A stretch of 64,000 nucleotides of DNA from the NCBI GenBank assembly GCA_030295235.1, contig AP026138.1, positions 744,001 to 808,000 on the forward strand. Reading direction: 5' to 3'. This DNA comes from Fistulifera solaris. Its lineage: Eukaryota. The position numbers and the translations under genes are program-made. This document shows, piece after piece, positions 52,610 through 63,324 of the stretch. The stretch's first letter is position 1, and the number at the start of each line of letters is the position of its first letter. The notes below the pieces were generated by a model. It saw nothing but the letters and a program-made list of their open reading frames with translations, did no database searches and was not told where the DNA came from.

Positions 52610-54011
52610 TCACAACTCCACTTTTCGATGTGGATAGAGATCGCCCAGTTCCAAGCACCGTGATAATTCAAACTCGTCGGCCTGCTTTATCTTTCTTGCC
52701 TTATCTTCTTCTGACACCATTTTTAGAGTGTTTGCATTGACTTGCAATCGCTTTTTGTAGTTTCTTTGCTTTGTGCACTCTTCAATCAGATACTGCTCGT
52801 AGGCCACTTCGACCATTTGTTCCACTCGTCGTAATTGATAATTGTTCTGAGCGTACGTTCGGGCAAAATTGGTAGTAACATAAAAAGGAATGTCGCGAAC
52901 TTTTGTCGTTTGCGTCTTCATCAAATTCACAAATGGAGGTTTGCGCTAGAGACAAGTTGTCAGGAACGGTAAACATTTAGGCCAACTAACGAGAAGAAGT
53001 CAGCGTACTACTTACCACCAGATTAAAATGCTGACCTTCTCCGGGCATCCTGCCTGACATAGAGGCGCCAGAAGATCCATCTGATCGAAAGAAAGTTGAA
53101 AACAGTATCAAGAGCAGCGGCATGAATTGGAAAAGTGCCGAGAGGAAAGGAGCTTGTCGCTCTTCTCTTTCCTGTGGACGGGCTTGACGCCTTGCACCAG
53201 CATTACGAAAAGGCATGCCTCCTGGACCAAAACCACTCGTGTAAACATGGAAACCGGGCCCTCCACGATGCATGCCAGGCATTCCTCCACCGAAAAACAT
53301 GTTAAATATTTCTTCCGGCGAAACCTCTTGTCCTCTATGATGCATGTTCATACCACCGCCCCTCGCAGCTCCACGATTGTCAGGGTCCTCGTCACCGTAC
53401 CGGTCGTAAATTGTTCGCTTTTGCGGATCCGACAAGGTTGCATACGCCAAGCCTACCGCTTTGAAAGCTTCATCTGCATTGGGTGCCGAATTTTTGTCGG
53501 GGTGAACTTTAAGTGAAAGCTTGCGATAGGCTTTCTTAATTTCGGCTTCACTACACCCCTGGCTCAACTTCAAAACACGATAGTGAGCACCACGCCCTCC
53601 TTCTTTTGATCGCAGCACTTCCTCCACAATTTTGACCTGTTCTTCACTATACGCTCTCCCATTCGCCCCGTTCAAATTTTGCTCCGAGGTATTTCGAGAA
53701 GGTCGGGAATCTGTGCTACTCGAATGCTGTGAAGCTCCGGTATTACCCGTCGTTGATGACGAACTATTATTTGCTGATGAAGCCATTTGCATCTTTGCGC
53801 TTGAAAGTAAAGCATCCACACCCGGAAGAGGATAGAGCTGCAAACTCTTTTGTAAAATTTGATAGCCCGCGGAAAGTCCCCTTGCTTGAGTGCTGCTGCA
53901 CCCATATCGCGACAGCGTTCCGCTTGTTCTTTATTAACCTAAATATACACGAGCCATCAGCCACAGAACAGTAAATGTTTAAAGTCAATCTAAAAATTAA
54001 CTTACCTCCAT
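52610..54011 (-). CDS. DNAJB12/14-like ER J-protein (J domain + DUF1977), 6-nt first exon, introns ~53938-54005 and ~52945-53015
   Basis: Spliced start MEVNKEQAERC, J domain EIKKAYRKLSLKVHPDKN...YDRYG, SPEEIFNMFFG, a TM segment and C-terminal PFYV...VEQMVE...C. Confidence 0.88.
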
Positions 54012-54602
54012 GGCTCAGCAAAAATACGAGAGAAAGAGTGAAGCAACTTGTAGGAAAATTCGGCGTTCCAGTGCGACGCAACTTTTGCAATCGATCAGTT
54101 TCTTACACCCGATAAGAACTTTACTCACAATGCATAAACGCAATGCTAAGTAAAGAACCGATTGAAGGGAATTAAAGGAGGCTGCACGAACGGGGAAGAA
54201 AGTTTTTATCCCATCGCGGCGGATCGAGAGGAAAAAATTTTTCTCGTCCCCTGTCCCTGTCCCCTCGTCATCCTTCATCTGGCGAACGACAGACGAGGGT
54301 AGCCTAACTCATTCAAAATCCGACTACATGTTACATTTATAGTCGAATCCCGTACTTAGATCACATATTCCATTTTACCATAAATATAGAACATCGTAAT
54401 TGGGCGCGCTCAAATAAAGAGTAGTCTCGTCCTTCATTGTGTCTACAGCAATGTAGGTGGAATTAATTTGAACGAAAGCACGAAACAAAATCGTTCGCCA
54501 AAATGGCGATCGCGGCACTTTTCTCACCATTTTCCTTTCTTCCTTGGCACGAGACAACTTGATTGCGAATATAATTCATAGCAAGAAGAAAACAAGTGAA
54601 GC

Positions 54603-56081
54603 ATGATGAACTCAAACATTAACAATAGCCATACGCGAAGTTTCGATGACGATTGGCAGAGCTTTTCCGAGAATGCCTTTTCCGCCGGCCAGGAAAACGT
54701 AGGCCCGTCTTTGCCGGTGTCGTCGCCAACGAAAGCATCTTCTTCGGGTGGGATGGATTGTTCTTTTACTCTTCCGTCTCCGTCTAGAAGTCGCGCATTT
54801 GGTGACGTGATGCAGCCAAATTGTATTGTTGATATCGCATCGATGAAATCAGTGAATTCTTGCGACGTATCGTTGGCTTCAGCTATCCAGAGTGACATGG
54901 TGTCAACGGCAGCGGCTTCGGATTGTGGGACTGAGACATCATCTGTTGCTCACTTACGAGGATGGCTCAATGGATTTGGTAAACAACATCAAGAACACTA
55001 TTCAAGAACAGCATGTGTAGGCAAGCCTCCGGCAAATGTTCCTTTACAGAAACCCATTCGACCCAAAGTACAACCATCGGCAGAGAAAGCTCCCACTCCA
55101 CTCCCGTACACGGCCGCATCAAAACTGGCCAAGAGAATAGAACCAAAATCGGATTCAGCCCTCAAAACTCGCACAACAACTGTTTGCTATAACAAGCCGA
55201 TTATTCCCAAGGAAGACGTACAGGCAACCGATGAAGGATATGCGTCGGTGGCCCAACTGTCCGCCTGGTTAGCGAATGATCCGACCAAAACCAAAAAGGC
55301 CCGTCCCATTCGTCGAGGTGCAAACGTCATTGCCAAGTCCAAACAGTTTGATAAGGAGCTCGAGCATGTTGTTTTCGAAGAGAAGGTCGTACCCCGAGCA
55401 AATGTAGCCAACCGAAAAGTATGGCTAGAGAACCGCACGAGTATGAGTTCAGAAAAGACGGAAGGGACTGCTGCTGCTGGTTTCGCTGTTATAAAACCAT
55501 CCAATAAGAAGCCGCAAGAGACTGCACAAGATACCGAAGCTGATGATTCTGTAATGCTAATGAGTGTATCCGAGAAGAAGAAATGGCTCTCACATGCCTT
55601 CGACAAGCAGAAATCTTCGATTCCGGTCAAGAAGAGCCTAAAACGAGACAAACAGGAGGCTACATTGAGCAGCGCCAAGAAAATGTGGCGAGCTAGTGAC
55701 AATCCCCCGGAACAAACATACGAGTCTTCGTTTTCGACGTCCGTTTCTTCGGAAGCAGCTGATGTAAGCGCTATTTTCCGAAACTCATCGGCCGAATCTT
55801 GCACCCCCCAAGAGGAGGAGCCCCCAGTAGATTTCCATGCTGCCCGTCGACTACTTGTTGAACGTTCCAAAGCGAATGGCAATGATGTAGAAGTCGTTTC
55901 GAAAGTTCAGGTACGAACCGCAAAGTTTGAAAAGCTCGAGAAAGAGTCTCGAAGAGTGTCGGGTGCGCACACTCTGCTTAAATCATCGTGGGAGGAAGCC
56001 GAGGGTGGACGGCGAAGCAGCTACGTGAAAAAGTACGTTCCGGATATCTGCCCGAAGAAGTCGTTTGACCAGCTTCCGTAG
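54603..56081 (+). CDS. Hypothetical low-complexity protein with short internal repeats
   Basis: 492-aa uninterrupted ORF, S/K/A rich, with recurring SVxxxxxWL motifs. Confidence 0.75.
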   Translation: MMNSNINNSHTRSFDDDWQSFSENAFSAGQENVGPSLPVSSPTKASSSGGMDCSFTLPSPSRSRAFGDVMQPNCIVDIASMKSVNSCDVSLASAIQSDMVSTAAASDCGTETSSVAHLRGWLNGFGKQHQEHYSRTACVGKPPANVPLQKPIRPKVQPSAEKAPTPLPYTAASKLAKRIEPKSDSALKTRTTTVCYNKPIIPKEDVQATDEGYASVAQLSAWLANDPTKTKKARPIRRGANVIAKSKQFDKELEHVVFEEKVVPRANVANRKVWLENRTSMSSEKTEGTAAAGFAVIKPSNKKPQETAQDTEADDSVMLMSVSEKKKWLSHAFDKQKSSIPVKKSLKRDKQEATLSSAKKMWRASDNPPEQTYESSFSTSVSSEAADVSAIFRNSSAESCTPQEEEPPVDFHAARRLLVERSKANGNDVEVVSKVQVRTAKFEKLEKESRRVSGAHTLLKSSWEEAEGGRRSSYVKKYVPDICPKKSFDQLP

Positions 56082-56250
56082 ACGAACATGACAGACAAAG
56101 GAACCCCGCCACTTCATGTATATTGCAACCCACCACAGAACTTACTCATAAGAAATCAGCTTCGCGGGAAAATGTCTTGATGTCAGACGAAAAAATTAGT
56201 TTTTAATTTGAAAGATTGTTATTTCTTTACGTTTGAGCTCTCTTTATACC

Positions 56251-57431
56251 TCATGAACTAGCATTTTCCGAAGTATGCTTGTCGTTCTTAGTCCTATAAA
56301 CTGCATATTCCCAATCCTGCCACTCGTTTGGCAATACAGCACGGCAATTCCCTATATTTGGGAACAAAGCCTGCCTATTCTTTTGCATCAATACAAGAAG
56401 CTCTGCTAAAAGGGGACCGACGACATCGCGAGTGGTCTCTATACTATGCCGTTCGATCTGCAAAAGAACCGGCAAGCGCACGTACAACCGCAATAAATAT
56501 TCACACCCAAAGTAGTCGATCCACTTGGCGTCGTCCGGTACCGTCTTTTGAATTCCTCGAATTGCGGACGTTCTTCGGGATACAAAAGCAAGGCAGGGAG
56601 CGCCTTCTGAAACAGAAGCTCCAATTGATCACAAAAAGTTTGTATGTCTTCTGCGCTAGGCAAAGAGGGGGCAGCATTTTCCGAGGACTCGGCCTGTTTC
56701 GCAAGATACTTCAACTTTCGTTTTCGAAAATGAGCTAGTACTTTGCGCACGGGTACTGGAGCTGGTAAGCAATGCACCATGCGGGCAGGCTTGGAGTACT
56801 TCATGGGAGAATCACGCCTATCTTTACAGTCCCAACCACATCGAGTGATCTTTTCGTACTCATCGACCAGTACAGTTTTCAAAGTGAACGGCAACTCACA
56901 ATAGTCCGAGTATAAGTATTGCAGATCAACACTTCTCGTACACGATGCATTAGAAAGTCTTCGCCTTGCAGTGGAAGGCTGTTCACTACTCGATTTTCGT
57001 TTCTTATTTGTCTTTTCTGCCGAAGACACCTTCTCTTCATTGTGCTGTGATTGTTGCTGCTGATACTTGCGCCTGTTTTCCGGAGTATCCGGTTGTAGCC
57101 AATCGCACGAAACCCACCGATCCCATCGAGCATTCCAACCTTGATAATGTACGAGAAATTCCCATTCGTCCGGAGAAAGAGTCCGAACCTTTCGTATGAT
57201 GGCCTCGTAGAAAGCCCCTTTCTCCGCTTTGTCGGCAGCGTACACGCGCTGATCGATTTGAAACGGTGGCGTTGATTTACGAACGGGAGAGAAAGCTTCC
57301 TCCATCTGGTCATTGTTATTCTCTGCAATGCTCATTTCGTCTTCTTTGACATCGTCAAGTTCCATGGGGGCGCCATTCGTTAGACCCAAAGACGTAAATG
57401 TAGTTTCGGAGACAGAGGAAGACGCTCGCAT
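56251..57431 (-). CDS. MRG15/Eaf3-like chromo-barrel + MRG domain protein, frameshift ~56530
   Basis: YEAIIRK...EFLVHYQGWNARWDRWV (Tudor-knot), LPFTLKTVLVDEYEKI, LLYPEERPQF, LLRLYVRLP. Confidence 0.87.
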
Positions 57432-57869
57432 TGCTGAGTAGCTAAAAAATTCTTTACTTCAAATGATCACGGCAAGGGCTCCGCACGACAGTTTAAAACA
57501 ACGAAACGAGATATTTTCTTTTCCAATTTATACTCAAAGCGAAAGAAAAATGAAACAATACGATTACAGGAGCGATTGTTGCATGGAAATAATACTGCAG
57601 CACGATCGTGTCGAGAACAAAAATAATGTATAGGTCGCAGGTCGCGCAGTCGCATACTAAGCGGAGCCACGGCCAGACCCCCAACACTACTTACTCCGCT
57701 CCAGCTCCACACTCCACAATCCACAGTTCCCCCAAAAGATGATTGTCGATGATGCCTGTAGGGCGGAAAAAGTTTACCGGTGTGATGATTACCCGATGCA
57801 AAGGACAGTCCCTCTTTGACAATCAAGGCCTTCATTTTCGTGCAATCGACTGCAATACAAAAAAAGTAT

Positions 57870-58525
57870 GAAAAAATGCAACGCTTCGAATGTCTACGTA
57901 GTTTTCACGTGTTGCTCTTGCAGGAAATTTATCGACAGAGGGGAGACCCGGATTTTTCCTAATTTCGATCACACCATTATTCGCGTCTTTTGGACAACAA
58001 TGTCAGAAATACTTTGCCCAACATCGCTTATGACACCCATGAAACAATAATCGGAAGTGATTTGATAGTGAAACATGAAACAGTAGAAAGATACGACGCT
58101 TCCAGTGTCTACGCGAGTTTTACGTAGCCGCCGTAGGAAATTTATCTCTGTAGGGGTACCCGGATACTGTGATTTTCGCCATCATCCAATTCTTGGATCT
58201 ACAATGCACAGATGTCAACGTTTCCTTGTCCACCGTATTCGCTTCGTATCAGGGAGCAATAATCGGCTTCGATTTGAAAACAAAACGTTGACGGAACGAA
58301 TGATGCAACGCTTCGAATTTCTACGTAGTTTTCACGTGTAGCTCTCGTAGGGAAATTTATCGACAGAGGGGAGTCCCGGATTTTTTCCTAATTTTTTCCT
58401 AATTTTGATCACACCACTATTCGCTTCTTTTGGACAACAATGTCAGAAATACTTTGCCCAGCATCGCTTATGTGACCTATGAACAATAATAGACTTTGAT
58501 TTGATAGTGAAACATGAAACATTAG
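57870..58525. repeat. Degenerate family A copies (three ~215-bp units, reverse orientation, A-B-A pattern)
   Basis: ...GGAAATTTATC(G/T)(A/C)(C/T)(A/G)(G/T)AGGGG...CCCGGA cores at ~57877, ~58090 and ~58303. The spacer at 57961-58085 recurs at 58401-58524. Confidence 0.85.
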
Positions 58526-58764
58526 AGGTCGCACCGTCGCAGCTTGCGACAAAAAGCAGAGGAATGGCCAGACGCCCCAATCGACACCTCACACAGAATT
58601 TCCATTCGTCTCAAAATAATGCTGTATCGATTTTCTGTTTTTAAAAAAAGCATCGAGTCGTCTCTGTCGACTAGACTAAGGTCACCAGGAATTACTCTTC
58701 ATTTAACATATTTTTAAAGCAAGGCGAATATCTACGAATCAATGTTTTGGAGGATCGGTTAGAG

Positions 58765-58813
58765 CGAACTATCTTCGTAATAGATTAACGAACTATCTTC
58801 GTAATAGATTAAC
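58765..58813. repeat. Perfect 24-bp direct tandem duplication
   Basis: CGAACTATCTTCGTAATAGATTAA x2. Confidence 0.9.
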
Positions 58814-59011
58814 AACATACACACCCTTTCTCTTTATCTATGCACGCTTTCATTGTAAGCTACGTGCGGGATATCAAGCACTATAGTTAGAAGGAACCTA
58901 ATTATCCTCATGGCCGGAATGAATACACACAAACTATAATTTAAACGTCTTTTTCGTAAGCTGAGCGAGGATGTAAGAGCGCTTTAAGCGTGTCCAAACT
59001 CGCTAAAAAGT

Positions 59012-59434
59012 TCAGCAGAGTCCCATAGTCGAAGAATCATCAGAGACTTCCGTCAGGACGGCATCTGGATGATAGTCTTTGTTATCGTCTTCGTCAGAAA
59101 CAACCTCGTCGTCATCCGCAGACTTCTTCTCGCTCTGCTTAGGCTTGGCCGCCTGCTTTGCACGACGGGACCGACGTATTTCCACAACGAATTGGAAGAC
59201 AACCGGAAGTCGTGCTTCTTTCATGCGCGCCAATTTCGTTTTTAGCTTTGCTCGCAACGCTTCCATGGGATCGTACATCCAACAAGCATCATGGCCGTCG
59301 TCCTGCTTCGAAACGGGTTCGTTGCGAGAACGAGATCCGCGGGCCGTACCGGGAGACGAATTGTCGTATTTATCATTCATCACCGTGATGGATTGAGACG
59401 ATAATGAAGAAGAAGAGAAAGCAGCGTGCGTCAT
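59012..59434 (-). CDS. Hypothetical protein
   Basis: 140-aa ATG ORF with no recognisable domain. Confidence 0.4.
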   Translation of the reverse strand: MTHAAFSSSSLSSQSITVMNDKYDNSSPGTARGSRSRNEPVSKQDDGHDACWMYDPMEALRAKLKTKLARMKEARLPVVFQFVVEIRRSRRAKQAAKPKQSEKKSADDDEVVSDEDDNKDYHPDAVLTEVSDDSSTMGLC

Positions 59435-59860
59435 GGCGATTGATCAAAAGATCTGGTCGAAGGATTTGTGCAAAGATCTGCGAATGAATTGTGTCGAAGC
59501 GATCCATGCCGTCTCTCCTTCAACGCGAGAAAGAGCATGTCGGAACTGGTATTGTTTTACGAGAATATCACGAAAAAGGGGTGAAGCTGTGACTTTATTC
59601 TTAGCAACGAGTGCAGAAAGTGTCTTGGCAACTGTGTTTGTTCTTTCGGCATTTTCGGCGTTCCGCACTAGCGAGTGAATCACGAGTGTCGTCGTCGATT
59701 TTGCGAAGTCGTCTCCGTAACTGGTCCATAAACAAACCTGTTCTCCCTGAAATGACTCTAATTGATATAAAAAAGTGCAAAAAGTAAGCAACTAGACTAG
59801 CTCCATTGCAACACTCTCAACGGGCCTGAAAAGAAAAAAAGCAAAACGATTGTACCCGAT

Positions 59861-59951
59861 TTTCCTAGACGGGACTTGAACCCGCAAACCTTCTGATTGG
59901 CTCATACTATCGGAGTAGAAGTCAGACGCGCTGCCATTGCGCCACTAGGAA
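59861..59951 (-). tRNA. tRNA-Arg(UCU) with 18-nt intron (59898-59915)
   Basis: Acceptor TTCCTAG/CTAGGAA, D arm GCGC-AATGGCA-GCGC, anticodon arm TCTGA-CT-TCT-A[intron]A-TCAGA, T arm GCGGG-TTCAAGT-CCCGT. T-rich runs lie downstream on the minus strand. Confidence 0.93.
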
Positions 59952-60112
59952 AGCAATCGACCTTCGGAAGAAATTTAAATAAACAAAGAGATGCTAAAAT
60001 AGAGTCGTACCGTGCCCTCATTTTTTGCTTGCGAAAAAGCGGAAAACGTCGATGACAAAAGATTTCGCCGATACATAAATATAAAAACAATGTCACTTCC
60101 AAATCATGCAAC

Positions 60113-61387
60113 ATGAACACCTTATTCATAGCCTTATGCTATTTCCAGTACTTCTCGTTTGTCACTGCCTTAGCGCCACAGTTTCACACCGCAGACAGAG
60201 AACACTCTCGACGAACGTTCTTTCATGACAGTGCCTTTCGTTTGCTGGTTGGAGCTTCCTCCGCTACATCTCCATTGCCAGCCGTCGCTCAAGAGAATGA
60301 ACTGCCATTGTCGCTACGAGATTTTACGAAACTGGCTCCTTTGGGTTCTTCGCAGACGTCGTCTGTAGAAAACAAAACACGGAACTTGTCGTTGCCAGAG
60401 ATTGCGAAGCGACTTGAGAACGATTTGAGCAATGGGTCTACGGGTCAAGGTGGATATATCATCAGCGGCGATATCAGCGCAGGCCTGTTTCGAGAGGACT
60501 GCATTTTCGTGGACCCAACAAACCGAGTCAAAAGTCTCAATCAATATCAGAATGCTCTCCGTATCTTGTTTGATCCGAAACGATCGACTGTTTCCATCCT
60601 AGACCCATTCACAGTCGACGAAGAGACACGTACTATTCGGGGCCGCTACCGGAGTCGGGGATTTTTGCAATTGCCTTGGAACCCGTATGTATCGTCATAC
60701 GAAGCAACGATCACTTACAAAATTGATCCAGACGGATTGGTGGAAGAACAATGCCAGACATGGTCGAAATCGGCCACGCGCGCGCTTCAGGAGACCTTTA
60801 CTCCCAGTGTATTTCCCGACACACCCACGAGCACTTTAGACAAACCTGCGAATGAACCACAACTGGTGACACAACTGTTCGAGGCGGTGAATGGACGGCG
60901 TTTGGATGATTTCAGTGCCGAGGAACGTTTAGAGATTGACGCCTTGATTCATCAAATTGCACAAGAAAAGTATTCCGTCGATGATTCTGAAAAGCTTCTG
61001 GTAGGCACTTGGCGATTATCGTATTTTCAACCCGGACCCGGTGGTGCTGGTATCGATCGACGCATTCCATTTCCCGACTTTTCGTTCAATCAAAATTTTC
61101 AAACTTTTACCATTGATCATCGTATCATCAATCGCGGCGAACTTTTGGGACCATGGCTTGATGTACGAGTTTTTGGTAACTGGGAAGCAACAACCGGTGG
61201 TAATTCTTTGCAGCGATACAAGGCAGAGATCCATAGTGGTCAATTTTGTCGAGGGCCTAACTTTTGCGCACCGTTACCTATCACGGGTGAGGGCTTGTTT
61301 GATAGTGTGTATCTAGGCGATCGACTACGAATAGGACGAAATATCAATGGCGGAGGTGCTGTGGTAGTTCAAGTTCGATTATCATAA
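60113..61387 (+). CDS. DUF2358 (NTF2-like) + PAP/fibrillin-like fusion, predicted plastid/thylakoid-targeted
   Basis: Signal peptide, then SRRTFF twin-arginine and AVA. FREDCIFVDPT...LQLPWNP (DUF2358-like). LVGTWRLSY...FDSVYLGDRLRIGR (fibrillin-like). Confidence 0.75.
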   Translation: MNTLFIALCYFQYFSFVTALAPQFHTADREHSRRTFFHDSAFRLLVGASSATSPLPAVAQENELPLSLRDFTKLAPLGSSQTSSVENKTRNLSLPEIAKRLENDLSNGSTGQGGYIISGDISAGLFREDCIFVDPTNRVKSLNQYQNALRILFDPKRSTVSILDPFTVDEETRTIRGRYRSRGFLQLPWNPYVSSYEATITYKIDPDGLVEEQCQTWSKSATRALQETFTPSVFPDTPTSTLDKPANEPQLVTQLFEAVNGRRLDDFSAEERLEIDALIHQIAQEKYSVDDSEKLLVGTWRLSYFQPGPGGAGIDRRIPFPDFSFNQNFQTFTIDHRIINRGELLGPWLDVRVFGNWEATTGGNSLQRYKAEIHSGQFCRGPNFCAPLPITGEGLFDSVYLGDRLRIGRNINGGGAVVVQVRLS

Positions 61388-61449
61388 TTTAATTAGGTAA
61401 ATGCATCAACGTTTACGCGAATCAAACGAATCAAACCAACAAACTCTAT

Positions 61450-62353
61450 TTAAAGCCCCTGCTGGCGTCGCGTTTCCATCCAACGTATGTGATCGATACG
61501 AACATCCCCACCGAGTTCCACCGGAACACAACTTTTGTCAATACCGTATTTGCGCAAGGACTTTAACACATCGGCATTGCTACCCGTATGAAAGGCCACA
61601 CGCTTCTTGACACGCTCCGACATGCACAACTTGAGAAGAGGCAAGACGAGAGCCGCAAACGCCGGTGGTTTGCAGACATGGTAAGCCGACAATCGGACGG
61701 GAATCGCTCCTTGCATACAGGGCAGCATGATTTTTGGACAACTTTCGATCAAACTGCGAAAAGGAGGCACGCGACGGATCCCCAATCACAATGACTCCGT
61801 ACTTTTGCGAATTCTCGTTTTCCAAAGCGGCGTGCACGACATACCACGAGGCTCGTGTGAGACTCAAGCGCGTATACTTCGATCGATCTTGCGTCGATGG
61901 GTCACTGAAGAGAATGGAACGACCTTTCGGATCGGTGACTCCCACCAGCAGGCGCAAATAACCAATTTGCAGCGCCGTGCCATCTTCCGACAAGGCTTGG
62001 TCCAATGTCAATGGCTCAAAGGCTTTTTCGTCACCAAAGATCTCGACTCGTTTCTTCCAGTAATTGAGATAACGGGTGACGGCATCGGTGACTCGAAAGA
62101 CTTCCGATCGCAAGAACATGAGTTCAAATTGGGCTGTCAACAATTCGGGACATTTTTCCTTGGCCATGAGATACTCCTGATTCGAGGGAGTCTTCTGAAC
62201 CGTTCGTTCTGCCAATTCTTCGGCAAACTGTGCCAACGTTTTCTGAATGAGATCAGGCGTTTCTTTCGGATGCACTTGACCGTAATGATCCGGTTCGTCA
62301 TCGCTGTCGGAAGAAATGGTGCAAGTAGAAGAAAGAGATAGTAATTTGACCAT
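61450..62353 (-). CDS. CRAL-TRIO (Sec14-like) lipid-binding protein, frameshift ~61730
   Basis: MFLRSEVF...YWKKRVEIFG, DPKGRSILF, SQKYGVIVI, GAIPVRLSAYH, VPVELGG. Confidence 0.85.
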
Positions 62354-62731
62354 GATGGAAGGTGGACAGTTTGTTTTCGTGATGAAGTTGTGGTTGTGAT
62401 GGCAATATCAATTAAAAAGGGTCATGTGTCGTGTGTTTTGAGCTTTGTGCCGACGACCGAGATTTTTCTCGCCCAACATAAACATTTGTGATGCTGATGC
62501 GTGGCTGCGTGGCGCATTGATGCGATGATGAGAAAGTAGAAAGTGTGAACCAAACGGACATTTTGCTCAACGCATTCTTTGGCCTTTCGAGAACTTTATG
62601 AACCTAGACTATCGCCGCTTGCTATAATTGTTTTGAAAACACTTCAGTCATTATCGGCATTCGTCATTCTCGTCCATGCAGGATTTTGGATTTTTCTCCC
62701 TCCAGGTGGACTATAGTGTCGAAGTGTTAAT

Positions 62732-63011
62732 TCATGACTGAAATCCAGTCGTGAAAAAAGTAACGTACACATTGTGCGAGAGTAAACTTTTACCAAACAT
62801 CCTTCGATGAAAATTATCGACCTTCGACGCAAGCATAAACTTCTTCCGTCCAATCTATTGCTCAGTTGATTGCCTTCAAATCATCGAAACTTTGCCTTCA
62901 GGTTCATCTAAAATAAGAAAGATCAGAGAATTGTCCCTTTTCGTTTCGCCTCTTTTTGCACTATTGTCGAAAGTGTTGTCCGTTTTTACCAAGACTGGAT
63001 TTCAGTCATGA
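62732..63011. mobile_element. 280-bp MITE-like element with perfect 19-bp terminal inverted repeats
   Basis: TCATGACTGAAATCCAGTC at 62732-62750 and its exact reverse complement at 62993-63011. The interior is AT-rich and non-coding. Confidence 0.7.
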
Positions 63012-63061
63012 GCATCTCTCGGTTCGAATAAAAGCGCGCTTTTCACCAACGGACAATTCGC

Positions 63062-63115
63062 ACGCGCGTCGTCCTGCCCGCCAAACTTCCCGCCACAGTG
63101 GATTGCGCGCGCCAA
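63062..63115. promoter_or_regulatory. Cluster of E2F-like sites upstream of PCNA
   Basis: CCCGCCAAA (reverse complement TTTGGCGGG) at 63077, TTCCCGCC at 63087, GCGCGCCAA at 63107 and ACGCGCGT at 63062. Confidence 0.55.
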
Positions 63116-63324
63116 GTTGAATGGTTACGTAGATCCGCGTAGAAAGTACTACCAGCATTGCCGCTGTAGGCAATCTTGCCGCCACAACAACATAAACTCT
63201 CGTCCGCCTCGTCGTCTCTCCTCATTTTCCGTTCCTCGTGTGTGTTGCTAAAGAAGCATTCGACGATCTCTCTCCCGTCAACCACATCTAATTATTGTCT
63301 TTTACACTAACTCCTACCAGCAAG

